DNA of 64,000 nucleotides from contig OZ024741.1 in the NCBI GenBank assembly GCA_964016885.1, forward strand, positions 110,608,001-110,672,000. The letters are read 5' to 3'. Positions within the stretch are counted from its first letter, which is position 1, and each line of letters begins with the position of its first letter. The translations under genes were made by a program, and so were the position numbers. The stretch comes from Eledone cirrhosa. Taxonomy: Eukaryota. The notes beneath the pieces are model-generated. The model worked only from the letters and a program-made list of their open reading frames with translations. It ran no database searches and was not told the DNA's origin. Below are positions 38,885 through 53,059 of this stretch, piece by piece.

Positions 38885-39179
38885 ACATATATATATGTAT
38901 ATACATACATTACAAGTAACTAATTCAAGGATATCCTGAGAATAATCTGTTCTTGTATCAAAAAATAAGGTTGGCTCCTGAAGTAACATTGTTTATCTCG
39001 ACAAATATGATGACTTTAGTCCACATAAATGTGTGTATAATAATTTATAGTTTCAGTACACAGACTGCAATATTTTAAGAGAGGGAGTGGATTAGTTGTT
39101 TGCATCAACTCCAAGATGATAACTTTTGTTTACATAAACCAGTCTATAATAATTGTATATAATTTTGGCACATAGCCAA

Positions 39180-39630
39180 TAATTCAGTGTTCATGCCTAT
39201 CCTTACATATGGCCATGAATCTTGGGTAACAACTGGAATAATACGATCATGAATACAAATGGCTGAAATGAAGTTTCTCTGAAGGATCTATGGAGTAATG
39301 ATATTTGATAGAGTTCACAACTTAGAGATTAGAGAGTTGCTCCAGGTAGAGCTGCTGCTACTTCAAATTGACAGATCACAGTTCCGATATTACAGACTTG
39401 TCGTCAGAAAGTCAAAGAAAAGAATTTCTGACAGATTTTACAGGCAAAGCCAACTGGCAGGAATACTCAAAGGTAGGCCACGAGCAAGATGGTTGGATAA
39501 CATCCATGAGCTTGGTTTGTCTTGCTTGGGGATCCAGCGAGATCAATTGGAGATAGTTGCTTCTGACAGGACCCACTGGAAGAGGCACTTAAGGACTCTG
39601 ACCACTCGACACTCCCAGGAATAATAAGAA
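39180..39630 (+). mobile_element. RTE (Rex3/Expander-like) LINE 3' fragment
   Basis: VFMPILTYGHESWV...AEMKFL...DRVHNLEIRELLQVELLLLQIDRSQ...GRPRARWLDNI; sister copy at 58463-58880. Confidence 0.75.
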
Positions 39631-40375
39631 GACTAAGAATTCTGCCAATCCACTGCTCTGAAAGTCGGTGTATCATAATAAACTTATAAACCTACTTTAG
39701 CATCAATCCCAGACATATTGTGTGTGTGTGTGTGCATGTACACGTGCTTGTGATGCTCGGTGTAGTTCTGAAGTGATAAATAGATAGATAGATAGATAGG
39801 TAGAGAGAGAAAGAGCAGTAGGTGTATAGATATATAGTTAGCTAGGCAGGTATAGATAAACTTATAGATAGGTAGGTAAGTAGATAGATAGGTAGTCAGG
39901 CACACAGACGTTTTGTATCATTGGTGTAAAATATAAAACCAGTTTAATTTGAGAGTAGATTTAACAAGAACTGTGGAGGAAAACTTGTTGACACTTGTAT
40001 GTCTGGGTAAAATAAAATAAAGGGAACTTTGTCAGTCTCAATGAGTGTTCCAGTTATTAAATTATCATATAAGTGGTTGAGTATTCCACTGTTTCATATA
40101 CACATAACACAATTCTTAAAGTGATTCAGTATGATACAGCATGGTACAAGATTGGACCTTTAAATTACAGATACAGTCCATTTGACAGGCTTCCAAACAG
40201 TTTCTGTCTATCCAATTTCACTCACAAGACTAGGGTCAACCAAAACCTGACATGATATGCAGTGGTATTATTGAACCTAACACTTTATTATTGTGAAGCA
40301 AACTTCTTAACCATCTGGTCATTCTGTGTTCAGCCTGTGTGTCAGGGTAGACAACAACATCGAGATGATATAAGC

Positions 40376-40675
40376 CAGAGGTTCACAAAGCCCCCCCCCC
40401 CCCCCCCCCCCTCACAGCCACATATTACACTCAGCGTGCCCCCACGCCCTGCCTACACGCAAATTGTAAATAATATATGATAGATAAAATCGTCAATTTA
40501 TATATAATAAATAATATAATATATATTATGTATAAATAAATGTATATTTTTTTTATTTTACTATATTTATATATATGTATCATTTGATATTTAATATACT
40601 ATTATATCATCTCTACCGCCTCCTTAGCCCCTTCCCCTGAGGGGAGGGGGTTTGTGCCCACTTTGAGAACCTCTG
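40376..40675. mobile_element. hAT-type MITE, 300 bp
   Basis: TIRs cagaggttcacaaag / ctttgagaacctctg (14/15) and a perfect 8-bp TSD atataagc (40368-75, 40676-83). Confidence 0.9.
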
Positions 40676-40730
40676 ATATAAGCTAACTTCAACTATCTGT
40701 CTGTCTGTGTCAATGTCTGTGTTTGGGTGT

Positions 40731-40770
<40 letters not shown>

Positions 40771-41344
40771 CTGTATATTTGTGTATGTATGTGTGTGTTT
40801 GTGTGTGCGTGTGTCCTGTCATTGACACTAGTTGAAACTGATGAGTGAAAGGCCTCTGTGTTTGCATGACCCTCTCCCCCAGATGTGGAGAGGGTGGGTA
40901 CACTGCCTGTCTCAGTTTGTGTGTATGTGTATGTTGTACATGTGTATGTAGCTGTCTGTGTGTGTGTCTGTATACAAACATTCCAGCTCACTCATACACA
41001 TGTAAATGTACCTATATTTGTGGATGACTGTGAGAGAGGGAGGGGGGATATAGTAATAAAAGAGGAAGAGAAAGGGGCACTATTAAACATGGAATGAAAG
41101 TGTAGGTGCAGTATTAAGTGTGAGGGTCACTGCAGTTTGGTGCACAGTTTAGAGGTCAGTATGATATGAAGGGGTGGTGGTGAGAGTATTGACTTCTGTC
41201 ATTTGTACCTTCACAAAAATACAACTGACCCACTCTCCACCACCACACCTTTTTTCACATTTTTGTCTTTTATATCATTTGTTTTGGGGGTCTCCTATTC
41301 CCACCACATCCTCCACACCGATACACTACTATACAACCACCACC

Positions 41345-42520
41345 TCAACACCATTATACCTCCACCACCACAACACCATTATACCTCCACCACCACAACA
41401 CCATTATACCTCTACCACCACAACACCATTATACCTCCACCACCACAACACCATTATACCTCCACCACCACAACACCATTATACCTCCACCACCACAACA
41501 CCATTATACCTCCACCACCACAACACCGTTATACCTCCACCACCACAACACCATTATACCTCCACCACCACAACACCGTTATACCTCCACCACCACAACA
41601 CCGTTATACCTCCACCACCACAACACCGTTATACCTCCACCACCACAACACCGTTATACCTCCACCACCACAACACCGTTATACCTCCACCACCACAACA
41701 CCGTTATACCTCCACCACCACAACACCGTTATACCTCCACCACCATAACACCGTTATACCTCCACCACCACAACACCGTTATACCTCCACCAACACAACA
41801 CCGTTATACCTCCACCACCACAACACCATTATACCTCCACCAACACAACACCATTATACCTCCACCACCACAACACCATTATACCTCCACTACCATATAC
41901 CATTATACCTCCACCACCACAACACCATTATACCTCCACCACCACAACACCATTATACCTCCACCACCACAACACCGTTATACCTCCACCACCACAACAC
42001 CATTATACCTCCACCACCACAACACCATTATACCTCTACCACCACAACACCATTATACCTCTACCACCACAACACCATTATACCTCCACCACTACAACAC
42101 CATTATACCTCCACCACCACAACACCATTATACCTCCACCACCACAACACCATTATACCTCCACCACCACAACACCATTATACCTCCACCACCACAACAC
42201 CATTATACCTCCACCACCACAACACCATTATACCTCCACCACCACAACGCCATTATACCTCCACCACCACAACACCGTTATACCTCTACCACCACAACAC
42301 CATTATACCTCCACCACCACAACACCATTATACCTCCACCACCACAACACCATTATACCTCCACCACCACAACACCATTATACCTCCACCACCACAACAC
42401 CATTATACCTCCACCACCACAACACCATTATACCTCCACCACCACAACACCGTTATACCTCCACCACCACAACACCATTATACCTCTACCACCACAACAC
42501 CATTATACCGCCACCACCAC
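41345..42520. repeat. 25-bp minisatellite, ~47 copies (ccattatacctccaccaccacaaca)
   Basis: Period 25 (41351, 41376). Confidence 0.97.
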
Positions 42521-42562
42521 ATTACACCATCACCACAATACTACACCACCACACCATGGCAG

Positions 42563-44425
42563 TTACACTCTACCATACCACTACTTGGCACCACTACTCC
42601 CTACACTCTACCATACCACTACTTGACACCACTACTCCCTACACTCTACCATACCACTACTTGGCACCACTACTCCCTACACTCTACCATACCACTACTT
42701 GGCACCACTACTCCCTACACTCTACCATACCACTACTTGACACCACTACTCCCTACACTCTACCATACCACTACTTGGCACCACTACTCCCTACACTCTA
42801 CCATACCACTACTTGGCACCACTACTCCCTACACTCTACCATACCACTACTTGGCACCACTACTCCCTACACTCTACCATACCACTACTTGGCACCACTA
42901 CTCCCTACACTCTACCATACCACTACTTGGCACCACTACTCCCTACACTCTACCATACCACTACTTGGCACCACTACTCCCTACACTCTACCATACCACT
43001 ACTTGGCACCACTACTCCCTACACTCTACCATACCACTACTTGGCACCACTACTCCCTACACTCTACCATACCACTACTTGGCACCACTACTCCCTACAC
43101 TCTACCATACCACTACTTGACACCACTACTCCCTACACTCTACCATATCACTACTTGACACCACTACTCCCTACACTCTACCATACCACTACTTGACACC
43201 ACTACTCCCTACACTCTACCATACCACTACTTGGCACCACTACTCCCTACACTCTACCATACCACTACTTGACACCACTACTCCCTACACTCTACCATAC
43301 CACTACTTGGCACCACTACTCCCTACACTCTACCATACCACTACTTGGCACCACTACTCCCTACACTCTACCATACCACTACTTGGCACCACTACTCCCT
43401 ACACTCTACCATACCACTACTTGGCACCACTACTCCCTACACTCTACCATACCACTACTTGACACCACTACTCCCTACACTCTACCATACCACTACTTGG
43501 CACCACTACTCCCTACACTCTACCATACCACTACTTGGCACCACTACTCCCTACACTCTACCATACCACTACTTGGCACCACTACTCCCTACACTCTACC
43601 ATACCACTACTTGGCACCACTACTCCCTACACTCTACCATACCACTACTTGGCACCACTACTCCCTACACTCTACCATACCACTACTTGGCACCACTACT
43701 CCCTACACTCTACCATACCACTACTTGGCACCACTACTCCCTACACTCTACCATACCACTACTTGGCACCACTACTCCCTACACTCTACCATACCACTAC
43801 TTGGCACCACTACTCCCTACACTCTACCATACCACTACTTGACACCACTACTCCCTACACTCTACCATACCACTACTTGACACCACTACTCCCTACACTC
43901 TACCATACCACTACTTGACACCACTACTCCCTACACTCTACCATACCACTACTTGACACCACTACTCCCTACACTCTACCATACCACTACTTGGCACCAC
44001 TACTCCCTACACTCTACCATACCACTACTTGGCACCACTACTCCCTACACTCTACCATACCACTACTTGGCACCACTACTCCCTACACTCTACCATACCA
44101 CTACTTGGCACCACTACTCCCTACACTCTACCATACCACTACTTGGCACCACTACTCCCTACACTCTACCATACCACTACTTGGCACCACTACTCCCTAC
44201 ACTCTACCATACCACTACTTGGCACCACTACTCCCTACACTCTACCATACCACTACTTGGCACCACTACTCCCTACACTCTACCATACCACTACTTGGCA
44301 CCACTACTCCCTACACTCTACCATACCACTACTTGGCACCACTACTCCCTACACTCTACCATACCACTACTTGGCACCACTACTCCCTACACTCTACCAT
44401 ACCACTACTTGACACCACTACACTA
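42563..44425. repeat. 38-bp minisatellite, ~49 near-identical copies (ctacactctaccataccactacttg(g/a)caccactactcc)
   Basis: Period 38; essentially one G/A variable site. Confidence 0.98.
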
Positions 44426-44747
44426 TCTCCATACTGCCACCACACCACCATATTTTCCTGTGAAGTTTCTCTGACATTTCACATATTCTAACTACTACTG
44501 CTGCTATTGTTGGTGTTGGGGGTGGTGGTTGTTGTAGTAGTGGTAGTGTTGATTGTTGTGGTGGTGGTGGTATTGGTAGTAGTGTGGGTGTCTCCTATAT
44601 AATACCTTCCACCCTCCTCCCATTTCTCTCCATTCTACTCTCTTCCCACCTCCCTCTTCAACATCAATATTTATGTTACAGTGAGAAATAATTCCTTGTC
44701 AACAATTTTCTGTTCCATGCTCCATTAAGTTAAAGCTATACTGTATC

Positions 44748-45825
44748 ATCTCTCTCTCTCTCTCACCACCTCTCTCTCTCTCACCACCTCTCTCTCTCCC
44801 ACCACATCTCTCTCTCTCCCACCACATCTCTCTCTCTCCCACCACATCTCTCTCTCTCTCACCACATCTCTCTCTCTCTCACCACATCTCTCTCTCTCAC
44901 CACATCTCTCTCTCTCTCACCACATCTCTCTCTCTCTCTCACCACATCTCTCTCTCTCTCACCACATCTCTCTCTCTCTCTCTCACCACATCTCTCTCTC
45001 TCTCACCACATCTCTCTCTCTCTCTCTCTCTCACCACCTCTCTCTCTCTCTCACCACCCCTCTCTCACCACCTCTCTCTCTCCCTCCACATCTCTCTCTC
45101 TCCCACCACATATCTCTCTCTCTCCCTCCACATCTCTCTTTCTCTCCCACCACATCTCTCTCTCTCCCACCACATCTCTCTCTCTCCCACCACATCTCCC
45201 TCTCTCCCACCACATCTCCCTCTCTCCCACCACATCTCTCTCTCCCACCACATCTCTCTCTCCCACCACATCTCTCTCTCTCCCACAACATCTCTCTCTC
45301 TCTCCCACCACATCTCTCTCTCTCCCACCACATCTCTCACTCTCCCTCCACATCTCTCTCTCTCCCTCCACATCTCTTTCTCTCCCTCCACATCTCTCTC
45401 CCACCACATCTCCCTCTCTCCCACCACATCTCCCTCTCTCCCACCACATCTCCCTCTCTCCCACCACATCTCCCTCTCTCCCACCACATCTCTCTCTCTC
45501 CCACAACATCTCTCTCTCTCTCCCACAACATCTCTCTCTCTCTCTCCCACAACATCTCTCTCTCTCTCTCTCTCTCTCCCACAACATCTCTCTCTCTCTC
45601 TCTCTCTCCCACAACATCTCTCTCTCTCTCTCTCTCTCCCACAACATCTCTCTCTCTCTCTCACCACCTCTTTCTCTCTCTCCCACCACATCTCTCTCTC
45701 ACCACATCTCTCTCTCTCTCTCACCACATCTCTCTCTCTCTCACCACATCTCTCTCTCTCTCTCACCACATCTCTCTCTCTCTCTCACCACATCTCTCTC
45801 TCTCTCTCACCACATCTCTCTCACA
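44748..45825. repeat. Compound (CT)n-CACCACAT repeat
   Basis: Directly visible; source of the ERER ORFs. Confidence 0.95.
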
Positions 45826-45888
45826 CACTAGTACACTCTCCTTAGTTTATTAGTTTAAGGTAAAGAACCCTGTCATATATATATATAT

Positions 45889-46200
45889 CATCATCATCAT
45901 CATAGGTTCATTTTCCATACTAGCACGGGTTAGACGGGTTGTCCTATTTGAGGCAAGTCAGGTGAGGTAACCATGTCTGTTCATACAGAACTGTTTCTGG
46001 CTTGGTTTCTACGGCTCGATGCCCTTCCTAACGCCCACCACATCTACAGTGTGTGCTGGGTGCTTTTTGTCATCACATCTACACGACAACTTTACTACTG
46101 GGGGCTTTTTCTCATGGCACCAAAACGGCCACTTTACAGTGTGGACTGGGGTCTTTGGTGGAGGAGGTGTGTGGGGATTGGTGAGGTAGGTGTAGATGTG
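45889..46200 (-). mobile_element. RTE-family 3' end, reverse orientation
   Basis: (CAT)n, ttttccatactagcacgggttagacggg, ggtttctacggctcgatgcccttcctaacgcc. Confidence 0.75.
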
Positions 46201-47133
46201 TCTCTAAGGGGCGGAGTGTTAGGACACGGGAAGTGTATGTAAGGGGTGATAGAGGCAAAGGTGGTGTATACCAGATGCATGCTTCAATCTGTGCTCATGG
46301 GCAGGTAGGTTTTCTGTATTATATATATACTTTATGGTTTTCATTCTGGCTCGCTGCCCTCTGTGTTCAAATCCTGCCGAGGTCAACTTTGCTTTTCATC
46401 CTTTTGAGGTTGATATAAAAAGTACCAGTCTAGTATGGGTCAATTCTTCCTCTGTGTCTTTTTCTCAGTTTCTCTCTTCAACTTTCTGTCTTTCTCTAAA
46501 AGAAATCTGCTGTACTCAGGTCTGGAGAGGGATGGGCTCCGCCATGCTTAAAATACCCAAGAAATGCCATATGTCACTATGCCATCCCTATGACTCCATC
46601 AGGAGTTACGGGACCATAAATATTAAATATGTATAAATAAATGTGTATGAGTGTAACATACACATACATATAGATACTTATATAACTACACTCTACTACA
46701 AACTCACATAACTACTCACACATCCAGCTAAATACATGTTACACATCTCTATACAGACACACTTAAACACAATCGCATACATATACACACACAATGCAAG
46801 AAAGGGGATACCTACAACCAGGAGTTTACAGATCCTGTACCCAAGATACACATTCAGATTCATACCTATTATTATTGGAGCTACAGGATATATATATACC
46901 AACCCACCTAGACCAAAGTATGACTGAACTTGGATTTGTGGAGAAAGAATGTAGCTCCTTAATTTATAATTTATAAATGGCTGCAATATCTGTAACCTTC
47001 AAAATCTGTAAAACATTCTTAAGATTCGAAAGATGAATGATTGCACAAGGGACAACAAGAATTTTGTTTTCTTTTCAACCTTGCCACTGGGAAGAGAGCT
47101 GGTCATAAATAAACTCAAAATTAAAAGAAACAG

Positions 47134-47375
47134 AATAATAATAATAATAATAATAATAATGAAATTATTGTGTACAGTGCTCAGGTGCACTACAACTCAT
47201 CAAAGGTGCATGTATAGTACATAGAATAATGTACAAATGTCAGGAAAATGAACAGTGCACGAGTCATGATATAATAACAATAACAATAATGAAATATTGT
47301 GTACAGTGCCCAGGTGCACCACAACTCATCAAAAAAGTGCATGTACAGTACATAGGACAATGCACAAACATCAGA
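47134..47375 (-). mobile_element. Two short CR1-like 3' end copies, same family as 21664-23306
   Basis: (aat)n gaaattattgtgtacagtgctcaggtgcactacaactc matches ~21680-21800. Confidence 0.85.
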
Positions 47376-47509
47376 ATATATACATACATAAACACACACA
47401 TATCTCACTAAGTATATTTACATACCCACTACACACATCAATAAACTAATATCTAACAACAATTCAAACTCTAGAAGTCTAAAGTCTGTCTCAAGCCTTG
47501 AGATGCATT

Positions 47510-47755
47510 AGGCCGGTGTTTATCAAAGTTTCCTTGGTGTTAAGTGACTGAGAGTACGACTCCCTTCCTCCTGGACAGGTCACCTGTCCATCACAGAATT
47601 AAACCTCCAGCTACTGTTGGTACTCATTTTCAGTTGAGTATACTGGAGTAACGTGAAGTGAAGTGTTTTGCTCAAGAACATAGCACACAACTTCGTCCAG
47701 GAATTGAACCTACGTATTAATGATTGTAAGTTCAACACTCTAAAACCACGACCAG
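47510..47755 (-). mobile_element. tRNA-derived SINE, family of 59588-59860
   Basis: gtgaagtgttttgctcaagaaca...ggaattgaacc; reverse-complement similar to 59588-59860. Confidence 0.7.
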
Positions 47756-48352
47756 CCGGTACCCACTTTCAACTAGAGACTACCAGCAATAACAGGTGAT
47801 AATATATCAGAAAGAGTGGTAGATTTGATTATATCACTATTTTATCACCTCCTTTCTCCTCTTCCCCTCCTCTCACCTAGAAGAATGAAGATAAAAGGTA
47901 GACTTCAGCAAAGATTAGAGCTCAGAATATAAAGGGACATAATAACAATACAACAGAAGATATTTTCTCTGTAAACTGTTAAAACCAAATAACGTTTTGG
48001 TTCTGTCTTAAATGTGCAACAGTTGTCTACCTTTAATTCGTTATCTTTCTCTCGCTTCACTTTTTTCTCGCCTTTTCTTTATCGGTACTGTGATGGGAAC
48101 TTCCCTCTCTCTGTATTTCTGTTTTTCTCACGGTCTCACCTTTTTTGCTTCACTCTTTACTGTACTCATGTGATTGGTGTCTTTCTACTTTCAATACATA
48201 CAATCGCTTCTCTCTTTCTCTGTGTCTGTATTCTCTCTCCCTCTTTCTCTCTCTCGCTCTCTCTCTCTCTATAAATACCAAAGAATCAATGCATTTTCAA
48301 ACCTTCCAGTAAAGTTTTGATACTCAATGTAATAATATTATTATGATCACTA

Positions 48353-48384
<32 letters not shown>

Positions 48385-48599
48385 CGTTAAGATAGGAATG
48401 CCAATCATTAAGTAAAGTTATAGATAACTTCTAAATGTCTGGTAACATTTTAACATATCCTCTATATTTCTTTCCTGTACAAACATGGCTGTTTAACCTA
48501 GAATTTATCAAAACTAATTAGGAAGTAATTAACCACATAATCAACGAACCATATTTCCACAAGATTATTTATGTGGTTTACTTTCCACCTCGTGTGTTA

Positions 48600-49190
48600 G
48601 CTCCCTACTACTACCACCATCACTACTCTAACCACCAATTACACTACCACTACTAGTACTACAACCATTACTATCTCTCCTACTACTACTATTATAGTAC
48701 TGCAACCATTACTATCTCTCCTACTACTACCAGTTACTCTACTATTACTAGTGCTGCAACCATTACTATCTCGCCTCCTCCTACTACTACTATTATAACC
48801 ACCAATTACACTACCTCTACTAGTACTACAACCATTACTACCTCTCCTACTACTACTCTAACAACCAGTTACATTACCACTACTTCAACCATTATTACCA
48901 CTCCTACTACTACTATCACACTATAACCACCAGTTACACTACCATTACTTGTACTACAGCCATAACTACCTCTTTTACTACTAGAACTATAACCATTATT
49001 ACCTCTCCTACTACCACCACTGCCACTATAACCACCAGTTACACTACCATTACTAGTACTACAACCATAACTACCTCTCTCACTACTACATTCACCACTC
49101 TAACCACAAGTTTCACTGCCACTGCTAGTACTACAACCACAACTACTACTGTTATTACCACTTCTACAGCTACCACAACCCTCACCATCT
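48600..49190. repeat. Degenerate ACT/ACC-rich tandem repeat
   Basis: Recurrent ctactactac / accattactac units. Confidence 0.75.
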
Positions 49191-49617
49191 GGAATTTTTT
49201 CTTTAATTTAATATTTGAGAGGATGTTTTGCCTCTTACAAAGACCACTACAACATATATTAACTATGATATTAGATGGTTTGTACCTATAATTCAAAGGT
49301 TTAGTCTTGCTATTCACTGTGTCACTGATTTTGCTTGAGACTTATGTTAACAGTACACATGTCCATGGACTACTCAGCTTCTTGCACATGAATTCAAGGA
49401 GTAGAATCAAACAGCCAGTAGACCAAACAATTGTCCATCATTCACAGGGTTGACAAAATAAAGTACCGGTAATGTACTAGGATAATTGCTGGCCTTGTGC
49501 CCAAAATAGTAACAATTATTTAAACCCAATGTGAAACCTTCATCACAAACCTTTACCTGTGCCATTTAGTGAAATACTGCAGCTTGAATCTATTTTTTTA
49601 GCAGATGTTCCATTTAA

Positions 49618-49916
49618 CCCTTTTGATACCAACCTATTTGAAACTACCCTTGGTTCTATAATACAAAACTGCCCATTTAAAAGTATTTATATTTATATCA
49701 AAACCTAACATAATATTATTTATCTGTGAGTTGGTTTTTTTTTGTTCTTAAGTTATGTTCCCACCATTCTCATTTAACATCCGTTCCCGTCATCAGATTA
49801 CTAATGAAGTTTGTTATTTTACTATTTTATTAAACTCCTCCAAATTTTGGATCATTTTCAAAATTATTTAAAACACAATAGCAGTGTATTTCATTAGAAA
49901 TATGGTAACAAAAGGG
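49618..49916. mobile_element. piggyBac-type MITE
   Basis: TTAA|CCCTTTTGATACC ... GGTAACAAAAGGG|TTAC. Confidence 0.75.
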
Positions 49917-50599
49917 TTACAGAATAAAAACACATCATTAACAACCTCTGTGTGTGTTGTTGTTTAACGCCAGGTCAGCTCTGATCCAGAAGACGAATGA
50001 GCAAAATCCAGGATTACATTGTCTGGTCTGTCTTCTTTCCTTTTATATTTTTAAGATCTGAGGAAGATCTGGTTGCTATGTCTAGCAGAGGAACTGACCA
50101 TGTAGTGCAGTGCTGGGAAAATTTCACTGTGCTTAAATTTAAAATTTCCCAGTAACAAAGTCTCTAAAAAAATCTTTTATGTAAAAAAAAAAAATGGATG
50201 AAACCTAAATAACAAAACAGTAATTTAATATAAGCTACAAACATATAAATTTGTTAAATTCAAGATTTACTACTTTTCTCAGCATGGATGTTATCCCACA
50301 GGTTTTAATGTACTTGTACATTCTTTCTTGGTAATAAAAAGGCTTCCCACCCTTCAGGTTCACGCTTCTCTTGTTCACTTGTGTGGATATATATATATAT
50401 GTGTGTGTGTTTATGTGTATGTTTGTGTGTGTCGTCATCATCATTGGCCCATAACTTCTGATGGAGTCATAGGGGTACTATAGTGACATACATGTCCTGA
50501 GCATTCAAACCTGGCAGAGCCCATCCTTCTCCAGGTACGTATATGTATGTATGTATGTATATATATATATATATATATATACATACATACATACATAGA

Positions 50600-51432
50600 T
50601 GATGATGGCTGCCCCCTCGTTATCGAGTATGGCCATTGCACGAGGAAAAAAAACCCCATAATAATAACAATAATAATAATAATGACAACAATAATAATAT
50701 ACATATATATATATACACTCACACGCACACACACAAACATATCTATACATACACACACACGATAGCAATTAACAGCGCTGCGATCGAATGTGGCTTTTTA
50801 GCCCAGCCAATGATCTAAAATGTCTTGCACAGAGTCGCCAACCAAAACATTCACTGGGAATAGCCGACTTGTGCATGTCGTTTGAGCCCTCCTGCTGATT
50901 TACATTCTCTACCACATGCTTGGCAAGCATGATGAGTAGCATCTCCAACAGCAGCCTGGTAGTCATACTTTATGACTGCAAAGATGACTCGAGTCCAGCT
51001 TTGCTTAGGCAGAGTCTCACACAGACGCTGCATGTCAGCACCATAGGAGGACCTTCGCCGTCTGGAAGTGCAACAGCAGTGCCCTTCCTCACATCCCACT
51101 TTACTTTCTCGTATGCGATTCAAGATGCCTCAAAGCAACTTTTCCCTCATATACAGTCTTTCTCCATTTATTACGATCAGCAGCAACATTTTCCCATGTA
51201 TCAGCAGAGATGTTAGCGTCTTTCAAAGAGGCTTTCAAGGAATCCTTATACCTCTTTTTTGGTTTATGTGGCGGTCGTTTTCCTTTAACTAACTCTCCAT
51301 AAAAGAGTTGTTTTGGTATTCTAGAATCCTTCATCCTGGCAAGGTGACCACTCCAACGGAGTCGTTGCTTAAGCACAAGAGCTTCTATACTGTCACACAT
51401 AGAGCTTTCCAAAATCTTGACATCACTGATGT
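50600..51432 (-). mobile_element. RTE/BovB-like LINE 3' fragment with C-terminal C2H2-like finger; UTR split by microsatellites
   Basis: LRWSGHLARMKDSRIPKQLFYGELVKGKRPPHKPKKRYKDSLKASLK and CQACGRECKSAGGLKRH. Confidence 0.85.
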
Positions 51433-51434
51433 GG

Positions 51435-51560
51435 TCCCTCCACTGAAGCTCACGGTGGAGATGACGAAGGACCGTGACAAGTGGAGAGATGCTGTGCTGA
51501 ATAAGACCCGTCTCACCCTTGCAAGCAGAGAAAAGCGGATGTAAAATGATGATGATGATA
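51435..51560 (+). mobile_element. Short RTE 3' end abutting the BovB-like fragment
   Basis: LKLTVEMTKDRDKWRDAVLNKTRLT is homologous to the C-terminus of the 314-1534 ORF, then (GAT)n. Confidence 0.75.
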
Positions 51561-51569
51561 TATATATAT

Positions 51570-51948
51570 ATATTATTCAAAATATTAACAAATGAAAAAT
51601 ATTCTCATAATCAAAATATATATTTTATTATATATATTTTAGAGGTACTGTGTTGTTTTTTCAGTACGTCCAACATCAGACAAAATATATGATTTGATAT
51701 ATGACATACCGCTACAGTCTTGATTATTCAATTCCAGTATTGGTCTTGATTATTCAATTCTAATACTGGAATTGAATAATCAAGACCGTAGCGGTATGTC
51801 ATATATCAAATCATATATTTTGTCTGATGAGGACATACTGAAAAAACAACACAGTACATCTGTGTAATAAAGTATATATTACCTCTGTGTAATAAAGTAT
51901 ATCTTTTGATTGAGAATATTTTTCATTTGTTAATATTTTGAATAATAT
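51570..51948. repeat. ~380-bp imperfect palindrome (fold-back)
   Basis: Arms tattattcaaaatattaacaaatgaaaaatattctca...ccagtatt / aatactgg...tgagaatatttttcatttgttaatattttgaataata; the ~20-bp spacer copies arm sequence. Confidence 0.92.
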
Positions 51949-52039
51949 TAAAAACTCCAGGAAAACCTCTGTTGAGTGCTTCTAATCTATTGTAAAATTG
52001 TATTCATTGAGTATTCAACAAGCCATACTAATCTTTGGT

Positions 52040-52592
52040 CATATATCAAAATAGATGGAAGCTACGGAGTAGGCAGACCCAGAAAAACATGGGACGATTT
52101 GATAAATTCCGACATTACACACTTACACCTCTCCAAGACAATGTCACTGGACCGAGATCTTTGGCACTATGCAGTAATACAGAAGACCCGCCTTGCCTAA
52201 GTACAAAGCGAAACCTACAGTCAGTAGGCACCTCTTAACCAAAATACACCCCCGTCCCACTACCCCTACCCCCACCCCCATCAACACTACCCCTCTCTCT
52301 GTAAAGTTATGTTGGTACCACAACATCCAGTCCTAAATAAATGAGGTTGTGTAGGTGTCATGACAAAAAATACACACAGTCCACACTGTAATGTGGCCGT
52401 GTAGGTAACACGGTAAAAACCTCCCAGTCCACACTGTAAACGTGGTTGGTGTTAGGAAGGACATCCAGCCGTAGAAAACCCACCAGACAGTCCTATATGA
52501 GCGAGACAACCAATCTTGCCTCAAGTGGGACAATTCCCGTCTAAACCCATGCTTGCATGGAAGATGGACGTTAAACGATGATGATGATGATG
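52040..52592 (+). mobile_element. 5'-truncated RTE copy with full 3' UTR and (GAT)n tail
   Basis: [23 protein letters not shown]...KTRLA* followed by a UTR matching 1535-1764 and 34160-34660. Confidence 0.92.
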
Positions 52593-53059
52593 ACAGTATA
52601 TATATACACTAATGGATCCGTACTGTCAATAATGATAGCAATAACATTGAGCATATCTATATTGTGGCTGGAGTAAAGCACTAGCCAAACAGAGGGTGAC
52701 CTGGTGGTGGAACTGCACAGTGGATAGAGCCATTAAAGCCAAGAGGCAGACCTAGAAAGACTGGTAAAATGGGGGTAGCAGAGACCAGTACCAGGTAGCT
52801 CCGAAAGAAGCTAGGTGACAGGTATACACAACTCTGAGAAATACTGAAAAAATAAAGTTTGAGACGTGAGGATCCAAGACATGAAGTGTTCCGCATTGCA
52901 AGTCATTGTGTTAGTGTAAATTAAGATAATGTGTTAGAAATGATGCTGGTGCACTTAGCACCACTGATGTCCAAAAGAAAGAGGTCTGGAAATGTTGCTA
53001 TGTGAGATTGATGAATTTAAAGAATGAATGAGAGGAAGATAGACTTACCCAACAGAAGG

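Noticed and set aside
40836-40900. Hammerhead-like CTGATGAG tgaaa
   Set aside because: No stem II between the boxes and no stem I/III pairing found.
41174-44491. 648-aa extensin/His-rich protein ORFs
   Set aside because: Units of 25 and 38 bp are not multiples of 3, so the same peptides cycle through all frames; a G-poor repeat simply lacks stops.
45031-45769. ERER/WWER ORFs
   Set aside because: Translation of a (GA)n compound microsatellite.
51824-51865. Functional hammerhead in the palindrome arm
   Set aside because: CTGATGA and a stem are present but the GAAA box is missing.
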